Positions 12,964-26,596 of a stretch of 64,000 nt of DNA are shown one piece after another. Origin of the DNA: Eledone cirrhosa (lineage: Eukaryota); assembly GCA_964016885.1 (NCBI GenBank), contig OZ024742.1, positions 192,634,001-192,698,000 of the forward strand. The letters run 5' to 3'. Below the pieces are notes generated by a model. That model saw nothing but the letters and a program-made list of their open reading frames with translations. It did no database searches and had not been told where the DNA came from. The first letter of the stretch is position 1; every line of letters starts with the position of its first letter. A program made the translations under genes and the position numbers.

Positions 12964-14934
12964 CATTATGAAGAGAGAAGAAACATTTAGATATAATTAG
13001 TAATAAAATGTATCATACCTAAACTGTTCCTAAATTCCTCGACTACGTAGTTTCGTGGCATAAACAAAAACAATATATCAAAGATATAGTGTCCTTGCGA
13101 GGTCTGCCGACTTATCAAGAGGATACCTCATTTTACTAGTCTCAAGAACGCGTCTACACGACGTGAGAAAGAATCCCAAAAGGCGGAGGGGGAGATAGTC
13201 ACGCGATATAACGGTCGAGAAACAGAGCTAAGCCTCTTATAACCACGAAGAAAATACCACGGAGGCGGAGGGGGTATTCATATCGAGGCCGTAGAAGAGG
13301 TAGTGAAGAAGGCGAGAAGTATGAGTAATGGAAGCCTTCCAGTTGTCCCCACACCTCAAAGATTGCTCGACCAGAGGGAGTTATTAATATATTTAGAAAC
13401 ACACAGATACATGCGGACGCACACATATATACATGAACGCATCCGCACCCAACTGTGAGTTAAGGGTGCCAACTTCACCGATATTGCTCAATGAATGACT
13501 GAGACAGACCAATTCAGTTTGAACTAGACTGAACCAGTATCAGAGTTAAAAATACATTATGAAGAGAGAAGAAACATTTAGATATAATTAGTAATAAAAT
13601 GTATCATACCTAAACTGTTCCTAAATTCCTCGACTACGTAGTTTCGTGGCATAAACAAAAAACAATATATCAAAGATATAGAGTCCTTGCGAGGTCTGCC
13701 GACTTATCAAGAGGATACCTCATTTTACTAGTCTCAAGAACGCGTCTACACGACGTGAGAAAGAATCCCAAAAGGCGGAGGGGGAGATAGTCACGCGATA
13801 TAACGGTCGAGAAACAGAGCTAAGCCTCTTATAACCACGAAGAAAATACCACGGAGGCGGAGGGGGTATTCATATCGAGGCCGTAGAAGAGGTAGTGAAG
13901 AAGGCGAGAAGTATGAGTAATGGAAGCCTTCCAGTTGTCCCCACACCTCAAAGATTGCTCGACCAGAGGGAGTTATTAATATATTTAGAAACACACAGAT
14001 ACATGCGGACGCACACATATATACATGAACGCATCCGCACCCAACTGTGAGTTAAGGGTGCCAACTTCACCGATGTTGCTCAATGAATGACTGGGACAGA
14101 CCAATTCAGTTTGAACTAGACTGAACCAGTATCAGAGTTAAAAATACATTATGAAGAGAGAAGAAACATTTAGATATAATTAGTAATAAAATGTATCATA
14201 CCTAAACTGTTCCTAAATTCCTCGACTACGTAGTTTCGTGGCATAAACAAAAAACAATATATCAAAGATATAGAGTCCTTGCGAGGTCTGCCGACTTATC
14301 AAGAGGATACCTCATTTTACTAGTCTCAAGAACGCGTCTACACGACGTGAGAAAGAATCCCAAAAGGCGGAGGGGGAGATAGTCACGCGATATAACGGTC
14401 GAGAAACAGAGCTAAGCCTCTTATAACCACGAAGAAAATACCACGGAGGCGGAGGGGGTATTCATATCGAGGCCGTAGAAGAGGTAGTGAAGAAGGCGAG
14501 AAGTATGAGTAATGGAAGCCTTCCAGTTGTCCCCACACCTCAAAGATTGCTCGACCAGAGGGAGTTATTAATATATTTAGAAACACACAGATACATGCGG
14601 ACGCACACATATATACATGAACGCATCCGCACCCAACTGTGAGTTAAGGGTGCCAACTTCACCGATGTTGCTCAATGAATGACTGGGACAGACCAATTCA
14701 GTTTGAACTAGACTGAACCAGTATCAGAGTTAAAAATACATTATGAAGAGAGAAGAAACATTTAGATATAATTAGTAATAAAATGTATCATACCTAAACT
14801 GTTCCTAAATTCCTCGACTACGTAGTTTCGTGGCATAAACAAAAACAATATATCAAAGATATAGAGTCCTTGCGAGGTCTGCCGACTTATCAAGAGGATA
14901 CCTCATTTTACTAGTCTCAAGAACGCGTCTACAC
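12961..14934 (-). repeat. Tandem array of 3.33 x 591-592-bp units, each with a type I HHR (retrozyme-like)
   Basis: Unit starts at 12961, 13552, 14144 and 14736; only a few differences between units; (TA)n flanks; HHRs at 13036-13123, 13627-13715, 14219-14307 and 14811-14898. Confidence 0.93.
13036..13123 (-). ncRNA. Type I hammerhead ribozyme with a U3:A8 core (first of four copies)
   Basis: Minus strand TCCTC-TTGATAA-GTCGGCA...TGCCAC-GAAA-CTACGTAG-TC-GAGGA. Confidence 0.8.
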
Positions 14935-15244
14935 TATATATATATATACATACAAAAATATAAAAATATATAAACGCACACACACATATAAATACATAAA
15001 CACACATATACATACATAGCTAAACAATTATACACATGCAAATACGTATATATCAAAAGAACGCACAACCAAATACAAACACACACACATACACACACAC
15101 ACCCACACACACACCCACACATACATAAAAATAAATAAATACGCACGCACACATATACATACATACACATACATATACACATATATACATATACATATAT
15201 ACATATATACATATACATATATATATATATGTATATATGTATAT

Positions 15245-17305
15245 ATGTATATATGTATATTAAGAACTATAAACAAATCTAAGAGCAGAATCCCTAGAAA
15301 TAGAAAAACGCTCATCAGAAAAATTAAGAGAACGAACAAAAAAATCAACAAGCTGAAATACTGTCAGCAGCAACACATCAACTTGACTGCCATTTCATCA
15401 CTAGAGATTAAAAAACATAACCTCCAAAACAACATAATGTCCCTCATCAACAATCAGAGAAGAGCTGAAGAGGCCTGGGCCATTGAGAAGATCAAACTCA
15501 ATCCCAAAGTGTTCTTTTCATTTGCAAAAAAACACAAAATCACTGGCTCTACTGTTGGCCCTCTAATTGATGAAAATGGCACTCTTCAAGACAATGCTAA
15601 AACCATGGGTGAGATACTGCAGAAACAATACTGCTCTGTTTTCAGCAATCCTGATATGGCCGATCTGGGCTGTATCGACGATGTTACTCCCCATTACACC
15701 TTATCGGACATAACGTTTGGCGCCCCTGATGTCTTGGCGGCAATAAAGGAAATCAAGCATAATTCAGCAGTAGGTCCCGATAGGTTCCCTGCTTGTGGCT
15801 TGAAGGCGTGTCAACACCAACTTGCATCTCCTCTTGCCAATCTGTGGCGGAACTCACTGGATGCTGGATATGTGCCAGAAAACCTTCTATCCCAGTCTGT
15901 TGTCCCAGTTTTCAAAAGGGGAAACAAATCCCTTGCCGTGAATTACCGTCCAATCTCACTCACCTCTCATATCATTAAGGTATTTGAGCGAGTGGTGAGA
16001 TCGCGAATGACCCACTTCCTTGAGAGTAACAATATGCTGAACTCCAACCAGCATGGATTCCGTAATGGAAGGGATTGCCTGACGCAGCTACTGCATCACT
16101 TTGATGACATTTTGAGAGCCTTGGGAGAGGGTGCCAACACTGATGTTATCTACCTTGATTTCAGCAAGGCCTTTGACAGGGTTGATCATAACATTCTACT
16201 GCGAAAGCTGTCCAATATTGGTGTCACTGGAAAGCTGCTGCAGTGGATCAAGAGCTTCCTGTCAAACAGAACCCAACATGTTGTAGTTGAGGGAGTCAAA
16301 TCAAGCCCAGCCAAAGTCAGTAGTGGGGTCCCACAAGGCACTGTGTTGGGCCCACTTCTCTTCATCATCTATATTAATGACATCACTGACATCATCAAAC
16401 ACAGCAACATTAAAATTTTCGCTGATGATTCCAAGCTCCAAAAGGTCATCAATGGCGTGGATGACCGGATAAGCCTTCAGTCAGACCTACTGGCTGTTAC
16501 CCAATGGGCAGAAAAGAACAACATGTTACTGAACGAAGACAAATTCGAACTGATCCACTTTGGAAAAGAGGATGCTCTGAAACTCCCGTACTCCCTTCCC
16601 TCCGGGGAAACTCTCGTGGCATCTAACAACATCAGAGACTTGGGAGTAACCGTGGACAGCAACATAAGCTGGACCACGCATATAAGCAGCAAAGTTGACA
16701 TGGCCCGCAGAATGTGTTCCTGGATCCTCAGAACCTTCCAGTCGAGAGATTCCCGCACCATTATCCTTCTCTTCTCTACTTTCGCCCGACCACACCTTGA
16801 ATACTGTTGTCCACTGTGGTCTCCCCACACGAAACAAAGTATCATGAAACTTGAAGCTCCTCAAAGGGCAATCACGAAAAAGATAGATGGCATGTCAGAC
16901 CTTGACTACTGGGGTCGATTAGAAAACCTGAAACTTTACTCACTCCAACGTCGCCGTGAGCGTTATATTATCTGCATGATGTGGAAAATGTTCCATCATC
17001 ACTGCCCAAATGATGTTGGCATCGCCTTCAAGATACACCCAAGGCTTGGGCCCCGTGCTATCCGTCCCATTCAAAAATCTAAATCGCAACTCATAACAAA
17101 AATACGGCACAATTATTTCACCTCAATCGGCCCTGCTCTCTTCAACATCACACCAGGACACGTCAAAACAGAAACTGACCACACAAAATTCAAGAAGTCT
17201 TTGGACAAATTCCTCCAAGTAATCCCGGACAAACCACCCACACCCGGATATGTCTCCGCAAACAGTAATTCTCTTCTCGAATGGGCCATGGTGCCCAAAT
17301 CCTGA
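15245..17305 (+). CDS. LINE ORF2 reverse transcriptase (CR1-like), N-terminally truncated; the ATG lies in the flanking microsatellite
   Basis: NYRPISLTSHIIKVFER, QHGFR, YLDFSKAFDRVDH, SGVPQGTVLGPLLF, FADD, DLGV, RPHLEYCCPLWSP, RLENLKLYSLQRRRER. Confidence 0.9.
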   Translation: MYICILRTINKSKSRIPRNRKTLIRKIKRTNKKINKLKYCQQQHINLTAISSLEIKKHNLQNNIMSLINNQRRAEEAWAIEKIKLNPKVFFSFAKKHKITGSTVGPLIDENGTLQDNAKTMGEILQKQYCSVFSNPDMADLGCIDDVTPHYTLSDITFGAPDVLAAIKEIKHNSAVGPDRFPACGLKACQHQLASPLANLWRNSLDAGYVPENLLSQSVVPVFKRGNKSLAVNYRPISLTSHIIKVFERVVRSRMTHFLESNNMLNSNQHGFRNGRDCLTQLLHHFDDILRALGEGANTDVIYLDFSKAFDRVDHNILLRKLSNIGVTGKLLQWIKSFLSNRTQHVVVEGVKSSPAKVSSGVPQGTVLGPLLFIIYINDITDIIKHSNIKIFADDSKLQKVINGVDDRISLQSDLLAVTQWAEKNNMLLNEDKFELIHFGKEDALKLPYSLPSGETLVASNNIRDLGVTVDSNISWTTHISSKVDMARRMCSWILRTFQSRDSRTIILLFSTFARPHLEYCCPLWSPHTKQSIMKLEAPQRAITKKIDGMSDLDYWGRLENLKLYSLQRRRERYIICMMWKMFHHHCPNDVGIAFKIHPRLGPRAIRPIQKSKSQLITKIRHNYFTSIGPALFNITPGHVKTETDHTKFKKSLDKFLQVIPDKPPTPGYVSANSNSLLEWAMVPKS

Positions 17306-17391
17306 ATTGAAAGACTTCGCCAGGTGGTGCTATTAAGTTAGACATGGCCTGGGCCAATACTGGCCAAAACATTTCAAAGTTATTCAAAGTT
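15259..17391 (+). mobile_element. 5'-truncated CR1-type LINE
   Basis: Uninterrupted RT ORF, short 3' UTR ending ttcaaagttattcaaagtta, inserted in TA-rich microsatellite; no APE domain present. Confidence 0.9.
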
Positions 17392-17399
17392 ATATATAT

Positions 17400-17447
<48 letters not shown>

Positions 17448-17588
17448 ACGCATACATACACACATGCATACACATACACACACACATATACATGTGTGTA
17501 TGTGTAAAGCTCAGTATTAATAAGACAAATGAACCTTACATAAACGTATATATAGTAGTAAAGTAATAAAGCCATACAAGGCAATTAA

Positions 17589-17646
17589 TCCATTCACCAG
17601 AGGTTTCTTAAAAGCAAAAAAAGTTTCCTTCAATCTTCAGAATGAA
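17589..17646 (-). ncRNA. Degenerate family B HHR
   Basis: CTGAAGA...GAAACCTCTGGTG AATGG; damaged stem II and a GUG (non-cleavable) triplet. Confidence 0.65.
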
Positions 17647-17720
17647 AAAAGCCTGGTTTATCCACATATACATACAAATACACACACGAATATACAATTA
17701 TATACACACATACAGACACG

Positions 17721-17806
<86 letters not shown>

Positions 17807-17884
17807 AACATATACGTACATATATACATATATACACACATATATATACACACAAAAATACATACACATACACATAGGTATGTG

Positions 17885-18358
17885 AAGGGCAAAACAAAAA
17901 GAATATATGGGGGGGGGGCTAAGAGGAGGTAAAAATATAAGGGGAGGTAAGGGAGAAAAAAATTGTTAAATATACAAGAGTACAGAAGGTAGAATCAGCA
18001 AAATAAAAACCGTAGCAAAAGTAAAGAGCAGAGAAGGAGTTCAAGGCGGTTGATTTATCGTAGGAGTGTCAATCCAGTTACAGATCAGATGCGATTTCAG
18101 ATGAGGACAGCATCTGAAGATCTCAGTCTGTGAGTTAAGGCAAGCGGAAGTGGCTTTCAAGTTTAGCAAAATCCTATACTTTTCTGTGGTACATAAAGAA
18201 CAATTCTTTGTGCCCCTTTGGTACTCCCTCGAATGGTCTAATATAGACCAATCAATAGAGTACGGGATATTACTATCCTTGAGATCCCATACCTTACTTG
18301 CGAGGGCCGTTGATGTTCGTTTATCTGAGTGTTTAAAAGAAGCGACATGTGAGTAAAA
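17885..18358 (-). mobile_element. Diverged 3' fragment of the Naiad-type PLE (GIY-YIG C-terminus and UTR)
   Basis: Closely matches 19330-19770 (e.g. tcaaggcggttgattt...gaagcgacatgtgagtaaaat). Confidence 0.88.
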
Positions 18359-18397
18359 TTTTTATATTTTTGTATGTATATATATATATATATATAA

Positions 18398-18777
18398 TAT
18401 ATATATGTGTGTGTGTGTGTGTATATAATTACATATACATGTGTGTGTTTATATTATATTCGTGTACGTGTTTGTGTATGTATGTGTATGTACGTGTTTA
18501 TGTATTTGTATATGTATATTTATGTGTGAGAGTGTGTGTATGTGTTTACCATTTCGTACGTATGTATATATGCTTTTGTGTGTATTACTTACCACGCGTG
18601 TCTGTCCTGTTAGCTGGGGCATGTATCGCTGTCAAAAATTTGTTAATATATATTTATATATTTTTTTCTTATATTTATTTGCGTGTGTGAATATGTAGTG
18701 GAGTGCATTCATGTATGTGTATGTATGTACGTTGTATGTTTGTGTGAATGTATGTATGTGTATATATATATGTGTGT

Positions 18778-18832
<55 letters not shown>

Positions 18833-19245
18833 TGTGTATGTGTGTGTGTGTGTATGTATGAATGTATGTATGTGTATATGTGTGTATATATGTGTATGTG
18901 TGTGTAGGTGTACGCTCTTTATATATATATATATATATATATATGTGTATATGTATATGTGTATGCGTACATTTATGTATATGTATATATGTATGTGTGT
19001 GTAAGTATGCTTTTGTGTTTTTTTGTGTGTGTTTGCATGTGTAGTTTTATTTTATTTTTCCTTTCCTTTTCCCTTTTCCAGCCTCACTTTCATATAGATT
19101 GCATTTTTGTTTTTAGAATCCATATTCAATAAACAAACCAGTATTTTTCATTCTGAGGATTGAAAGCAAAACCTTTTGCTTTTAAGAAACCACTGGTAAA
19201 TGGAATAATTGCCTTATGTTGTTTATTACATAATAATAATAATAA
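18398..19245 (+). repeat. ~850-bp inverted copy of 12122-12950 (microsatellite-rich family B unit)
   Basis: Reverse complement of 12122-12950; ORF-track peptides are mirrored (12657..12938- vs 18349..18690+). Confidence 0.9.
19147..19205 (+). ncRNA. Type I hammerhead ribozyme, family B inverted copy
   Basis: ttcatt ctgagga ttgaaagcaaaa cc ttttgcttttaa gaaa ccactgg ta aatggaa. Confidence 0.85.
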
Positions 19246-19325
19246 TTAAGCTCTGTTGCATACATAGAGCACTCTTTTTTCCTGGACTTTTCCGATGGAA
19301 TTACTTCATTTATATATATATATAT

Positions 19326-20652
19326 AGGAGAAGGTAAAATATAAGGGGAGGTATGGGAGAAAAAAATATATAATAAATGTAAGTATACAAGAGTACAGAA
19401 CGTAGAAACAGTAAAATAAAAACCGTAGCAGAAGTAAAGAGCGGAAAAGTTCAAGGCGGTTGATTTCTCATAGGAGTGTCAATCCAGTTACAGATCAGGT
19501 GCGGTCTCAGATGAGGACAGCATCTGAAGATCTCAGTCTTTGAATTAAGGCAAGCGGAAGTGTCTCTCAAGTTTAGCAAAATCCTATACTTTTCTGTGGT
19601 ACACAAAGAACAATTCTTTGTGCCCCTTTGGTACTCCCTCGAATGGTCTAATATACACCAATCAATAGAGTACGGGATGTTACTATCCTTGAGTTCCCAC
19701 ACCATACTTGCGAGGGCCGTTGATGTTAGTTTATCGGGGTGCTTAAAAGAAGCGACATGTGAGTAAAATCTGGTTTTAAACCTGTCCTGGGTCATACCGA
19801 CATATCGCTCACTCCTGGCTGGCTGGTTGTTGATTACTGGTGTTATCGTAGCCTCATAAACGACAGATTTAGTGTTACATCTACCCTGCAATGGGCATTC
19901 GTCCGGCTTCCTGCAACTGCATCCTTGATTTATTCTCGTCCGGTTTGAGCTGGTGATTTTGGACTTCATAGATGGGCAACAAGAGTAGCTGATCTTGACT
20001 ACGTTCCTATTAAATATCTTATAGTATCTATGATTAGGAGGAAAATGTTTGTCTAATAGTTCAAGGAATTTCCTTCCTACATTAGTTTTGACAGTTAGAG
20101 AGAAGGGGGGGGGGGGTGAACCAAATAATCTTCCTTTTCCTGTTATTGTGGTTAGTTTTAGGGGGGGGGGGGGGGTAGGTAAATAAGACATTTTTTCTGT
20201 AAAACCGCTGTTCTTAAGGGCTTTATTATAATAAGGGGCGGCTTTATTAAAAATGTCTATAGACGAAGATAAGGTAGAAATCCTACAGCTAATGTTAGGA
20301 ATAAGATTATTAAAAACTATAGGGGGATGGCAAGACTCTTTGTGTATATACCTAAGATTTTCGTTAGGTTTATGGTAGGGTTTAAAAGAGGCAGTAAGTA
20401 AATCAAGATTAATATCAAGAAAGTTAGCATTAGTAAGGTTCGTATCTATAGTAATTTTAAGGTTAAGATTAGCAAAAGTATTGATTAAATCTTTACGGAA
20501 TTTATCAAGGTCATGGCCGTTGGTGGTATGAGAAACTGCTAATCCGTCATCACGGTATAAACCGATATTATGGGACGGAAATTTCTCTTTGAGGGTTTGG
20601 AGAAGGAACAATCCAACTAAGTCACACACATCCGCACTGTCATATGAACCCA
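19326..20652 (-). mobile_element. Penelope-like element, Naiad-type, 5'-truncated (partial RT + GIY-YIG; ORF 19451-20653)
   Basis: [66 protein letters not shown]...YVGMT..FKTRFYSH, CSLCTTEK, LNSKTEIFRCCPH. Confidence 0.9.
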
Positions 20653-20686
20653 TATATATATATATATATATATGGGTTCATATGAC

Positions 20687-20726
<40 letters not shown>

Positions 20727-20758
20727 CACACATATATATATATATATATGTATGTGTG

Positions 20759-20789
<31 letters not shown>

Positions 20790-20950
20790 ATGTATATATA
20801 TATATTGTTATACTTTGGGAGGGTCATGTTGCCAATAATATGTATATATATGTATATATATATGTATATATATATGTATATATATGTATATATATGTATA
20901 TATATACATATATATATATGTGTGTATATATACATATATGTGTGTGTGTT

Positions 20951-21024
<74 letters not shown>

Positions 21025-21361
21025 TATATTATTTACAGATGAAACGGAACAATCAAATGAATACATACATGTTCCTGCCATCGATCAAAATGCCGTTCGT
21101 CAATGATAAAATATTTCTTTCTTCTGTAGAAGTATTTAACAATGAATTTATAACTAGATCTTATTCTTTCTTGATTACACGAGTAACGAGTAACGAGCAA
21201 CTGGTATTGCACCGTAGCAGGAATCGATACAGGGTAATATCGATCTATCTTTGATCTTCCTGTTACATTACACTAAATTTATGACCATCGATATCTTATA
21301 TTAGGCACAAAGCGAACGATGGCTTATATCGGCTCGAACAAGGAAGAATACGGTCTCTATC

Positions 21362-21474
<113 letters not shown>

Positions 21475-21528
21475 ATATATATATATATATATATTGGAAA
21501 ATGTGTGTAATCCTTGGTACAGTTAGGT

Positions 21529-21969
<441 letters not shown>

Positions 21970-22659
21970 GCCACGCAATGGGATCGAACGTGGGTTCTAT
22001 TGGTTGCATCGCGAGGTTCTTATGACCTGGTCATGCCAAAGTCCGCAAACACCCGACAGGATCGCTCACGGGAGTCAAGTCACAGACAATGAGATAGAGA
22101 CAGAGGAAATGTGAAGGAGAGAGTGAGTGAGAGAGAGAGAGGGAGAGAGATGAGAGAGGGAGCGAGAGAGCCAAGCATGGAACTTAATATTGAAAGAGAG
22201 ATCTATATGGATTGAAATAACATAAACACCATAGAACAAGAATATATAAGGCTTTCATATTATATGTCTTAGGACAGACATTTGCACCACAGCATCACTG
22301 CTTGCTCACGTATGAAGTAATCGATCCTTTGCCTATACTTCTATCCGAGCTGTTAATATTTGATGTTTCAATTTATTTCCTTTGTAAGTTAATGTTTAAC
22401 CAGCCATCCACAATAAACCACACTACTTAAAATCCCATTAAGTGTACTATCAAATAATAATAAAATTTTAGATGAGAACTGAGTGTAGTAATGTTGACTG
22501 AAACAGTCTGTAATGTTTACATAAACAATTAGAATTTTGCTGTAGAATAAATAAAGAACGCTTGTTAGTCCACTAGATATAAAACAAACAAACCGTTACT
22601 TTTATAATTAAGGAAAGCAAGCTTCAGTATGTCAGGGTGACGGTGGGGTAGGGGTTCGG

Positions 22660-23640
22660 TTGAAGGAATGTAGCTTAGCAGTGAGGATGTTAGACTGACG
22701 ATCGTAAATTTATGCGTTCGATACCAGCGTTGGGGAAAGTGTTGTGTCCTTGAGCAAGAAACATAACTTCACGTTGCTCCAATTCACTCAGCTGCCATAC
22801 CTAAATATTAATTGTAATTCAAAGGGCCATGCATGTCTCACTCTCTGCCACACTGTATCTCTCGTGGACGAATAGTTATTAGGTTTGCTTCGCAATCATT
22901 AGATGCCGGACTTGACCCCCACTGCGTGGAATCTTCGACAAGTGTCATTTACCATAGACACGAGTAGACCCATGTCTAGGAAGTGAAATTGTGTAGATGG
23001 AAACTGGTTGAGAGTCCGTCTGATAGACTGTACCTGTAATTCAAAGGTCCAGCCCAAAGTGGGGAAACCTTTTTTATGTTGAAAGGCCTCATGAAGTTAC
23101 TTGTAATATAATAAGCCGCTTTCAAGAAACCATAATTATATATTCCTAAAAAACCGGGAATTTAATGTACATTCTAGAATACCATTATAAGTAAAGCATG
23201 AGCGCAGAAAGTTCTCAAATGGCCTTTATGATCTACTAATTTAAAAAAAATTCTGTCTGTCTGACAGTGTGGATTATTTCGTTGAAATTTCTTTTACTCT
23301 TTGGTATTTAAAATACTTTCATCTTATGGTTTAAATTGAAATAACAAGAGATAGACAAAATCCTTTTAATCAAAATTAAATATTTGTAGGGATGTTTTGA
23401 TTCTTTCAAAAGGCCGCACAGAATGGCATCGAAGGCCGAATGTGGCCTTAAAAGGACGCTGGTTCCTCATATCTGGTCCAGCCTCACGCTTAATTGTCCT
23501 GAGAATTACATTAAGGGTACAAATGTCGGTGGAATGTTCAGCCACTTACGCGTTAATATCCCGAGCAGGCTGTTCTGTTGATCGAACAACTGGAGCACTC
23601 ATCGTCAAAACAGGCGGAGGTCCATCGATCAATACATGCT
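22660..23640 (+). mobile_element. Cluster of old tRNA-derived CORE-like SINE fragments interrupted by a MITE
   Basis: tagcttagcagtgagg...gttcgatacc...gtgtccttgagcaagaaac...ttcacgttgctcc; the SINE tail resumes after 23483. Confidence 0.65.
23055..23475. mobile_element. Non-autonomous hAT (Charlie-like) MITE with 8-bp TSD GTCCAGCC
   Basis: gtccagcc|caaagtggggaaacc ... ggttcctcatatctg|gtccagcc; degenerate TIRs and subterminal ggcc motifs. Confidence 0.75.
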
Positions 23641-25343
23641 TATGTGAATATGTGTTATTGTGTGCGTGTGTGTATTCGCGCGTGGTTGTATGCATGCGTG
23701 TTTTATTTCTGTGTCTCTGTGTGATTGTATGCGTTTGTGTGTCGGTGTGTTTAATTATGTGTGACTATTTTGTAGGCGTCTGTATGAGTATGTTTTGTGC
23801 CTGCATCTGCATGTGTATATCTGTAGGTATATGTGAATGTTTGCGCGTGCGTTTTTGTGTATGTGTTCGCGCGGGCATGTATTTGTGTATGTGTGTGTGA
23901 ATTATTAAATTCAAAACCCACCGAGGTTATCTTTGCCTTTCATCTTCACGGGGTCGATAAGTCAAATTACCATTAACACTGCCTACATTAGGAACCATTA
24001 TTTAGCTAAAATATATCGTAGATACTGTTTACAGTAGATGCAATATGACAGATTCACTGAGAAGCTCCCTTCGCATCACTAGGTTGCAGGTTCAATACCA
24101 TAGCATGGCATCTTGGGTAAGGGATATTTACCATAACTTCAGATCGACCCATATTGTTTAAGTGAATCTTTGCAGATTGAAACTGGAAGCCCATGGGTTA
24201 GACTGTACTTGCGATTCCTAGGACAAGTCTGGTCACACTCTGTGTCTGGCTGAATATACATGGGAATTATGTTATGGGTGTGTGAAATTCTCAGCCACCA
24301 GTACTTTAATTTCAGTAGCAAGCTGCTCCACTGATCGACCAACTAGAACATTACACGTTAAAACTGACGGAGATATATTCCATTCTAATCTCGATACAAT
24401 GCCAGCAATTCGAGGAAGGGATAAGTCGATTTACACCAACCTTTTTACTTAACTGGTACTACATTCTCTTGACTCTGTAAAGATGAAAGGTAAAGTTGAC
24501 TTCGGCAGGATTGAGCACAGAACGTAAAGAAGCGATAGGAAGACCACAAAGCAGAACGTCTATGCCATGCACTACTCTAACATTGTTAATAAGGACTTCT
24601 AATTTCGTCATAAGGTTAGCTATTTTCCGGAAATAAGTCGATTATATCGACCCCAGTATTGACTAGCACTTCATTTTATCGACTACGAACAGATGAAAGG
24701 CAAAGTTGAACTCAGAACATAGAGAGCCGAAACAAAAGCCGTTGTGCATTTGATTGATGCTCTCACGATTCTGCCAATCCAATTCAAGTCTCAACATTGT
24801 TAATAATGAAAAGAACAAGAAAGGATAAACATATGCGCGCTAAAAGTCTTCTTTCCTAAGAGATATATACATTTGTTAGTCAGCATCAAATAAATGGAAT
24901 GTTACATAACATGCAGAACACTCATTTCCAGAAAGGAATTACAAAATCTAAGGAACGCAACAACATCAACAACGACAACAACAACAACATATCTTCATCA
25001 ACAGAAAGTGAACAGAACGAGCAAAAAAATAAATAATAATAAAATTAACCAAAGTGCAAATAGTTTGGAATTCTTCAATCTCTCAACGTAATAATTCTTG
25101 TCAGTCAAAGAAATTTCTCAGCTAAAAGAAGAAAAGCGCAGTTTCTTAAAGAATGATACAAGAGTATCTCTCTGACAGGACCTTGTTTCTTCACATGAAA
25201 TACTAAGTAGACCAGAACTTAGTCAAGCCAAATAATGTTTTTTTCATAAAATTCACCAGCATTACATTAAATTTGCTTTTCACACATCAAATTTTGGCCA
25301 AATCTTTCGAACAACAAAACACAGAACTAAATAATAAGAAAAC

Positions 25344-25463
25344 AAGAAGAAAAAGAAGAAGAAGAAGAAGAAGAAGAAGAAGAAAAAGAAAAAGAAGAAG
25401 AAAAAGAAAAAGAAGAAGAAGAAGAAGAAGAAGAAGAAGAAGAAGAAGAAGAAGAAGAAGAAA
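25344..25463. repeat. (AAG)n microsatellite
   Basis: Direct reading; explains the poly-Arg ORF. Confidence 0.95.
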
Positions 25464-25781
25464 AGCTGGAACGTCAGATTAATATTTCATTTACGTTATG
25501 GTGTGGACATGTTCTGAATATTTTAATATATGTGCGTATAATAAGCAATTCATGTAATCCAATATTCTTTACCAAAAAATCCCCCCGAATCTTTTCATTC
25601 GGGAGCAACTCAAAAGCACATTTTCATAATTCACGCCTGTTCGTTTTGTATACGCAAATCATTTTCATTTTTCGCCTGTGCCGGAATCGTATGAGATTAA
25701 TCGAAAAACAGAACTAAAAGTAGAATAACAAAATTAAAATATAAAAATAATATATATATAAAAATAATATATATATATAAA

Positions 25782-26520
<739 letters not shown>

Positions 26521-26596
26521 TATGAAGGCGCGATTTGACGAAAGTCTATCGACTGTCGATATATAAATATAATATATATATATATATATATATATA

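Noticed and set aside
13199-14610. Three identical 75-aa ORFs
   Set aside because: A by-product of the 592-bp repeat; starts in a TG-rich run and has no recognisable domain.
12961-14934. CRISPR-like array
   Set aside because: Eukaryotic context; units are fully repeated with no unique spacers.
19451-20653. Selenoprotein-type Naiad (in-frame UGA/SECIS)
   Set aside because: The conserved Cys positions seen are ordinary Cys codons, and there is no in-frame UGA in the retained part.
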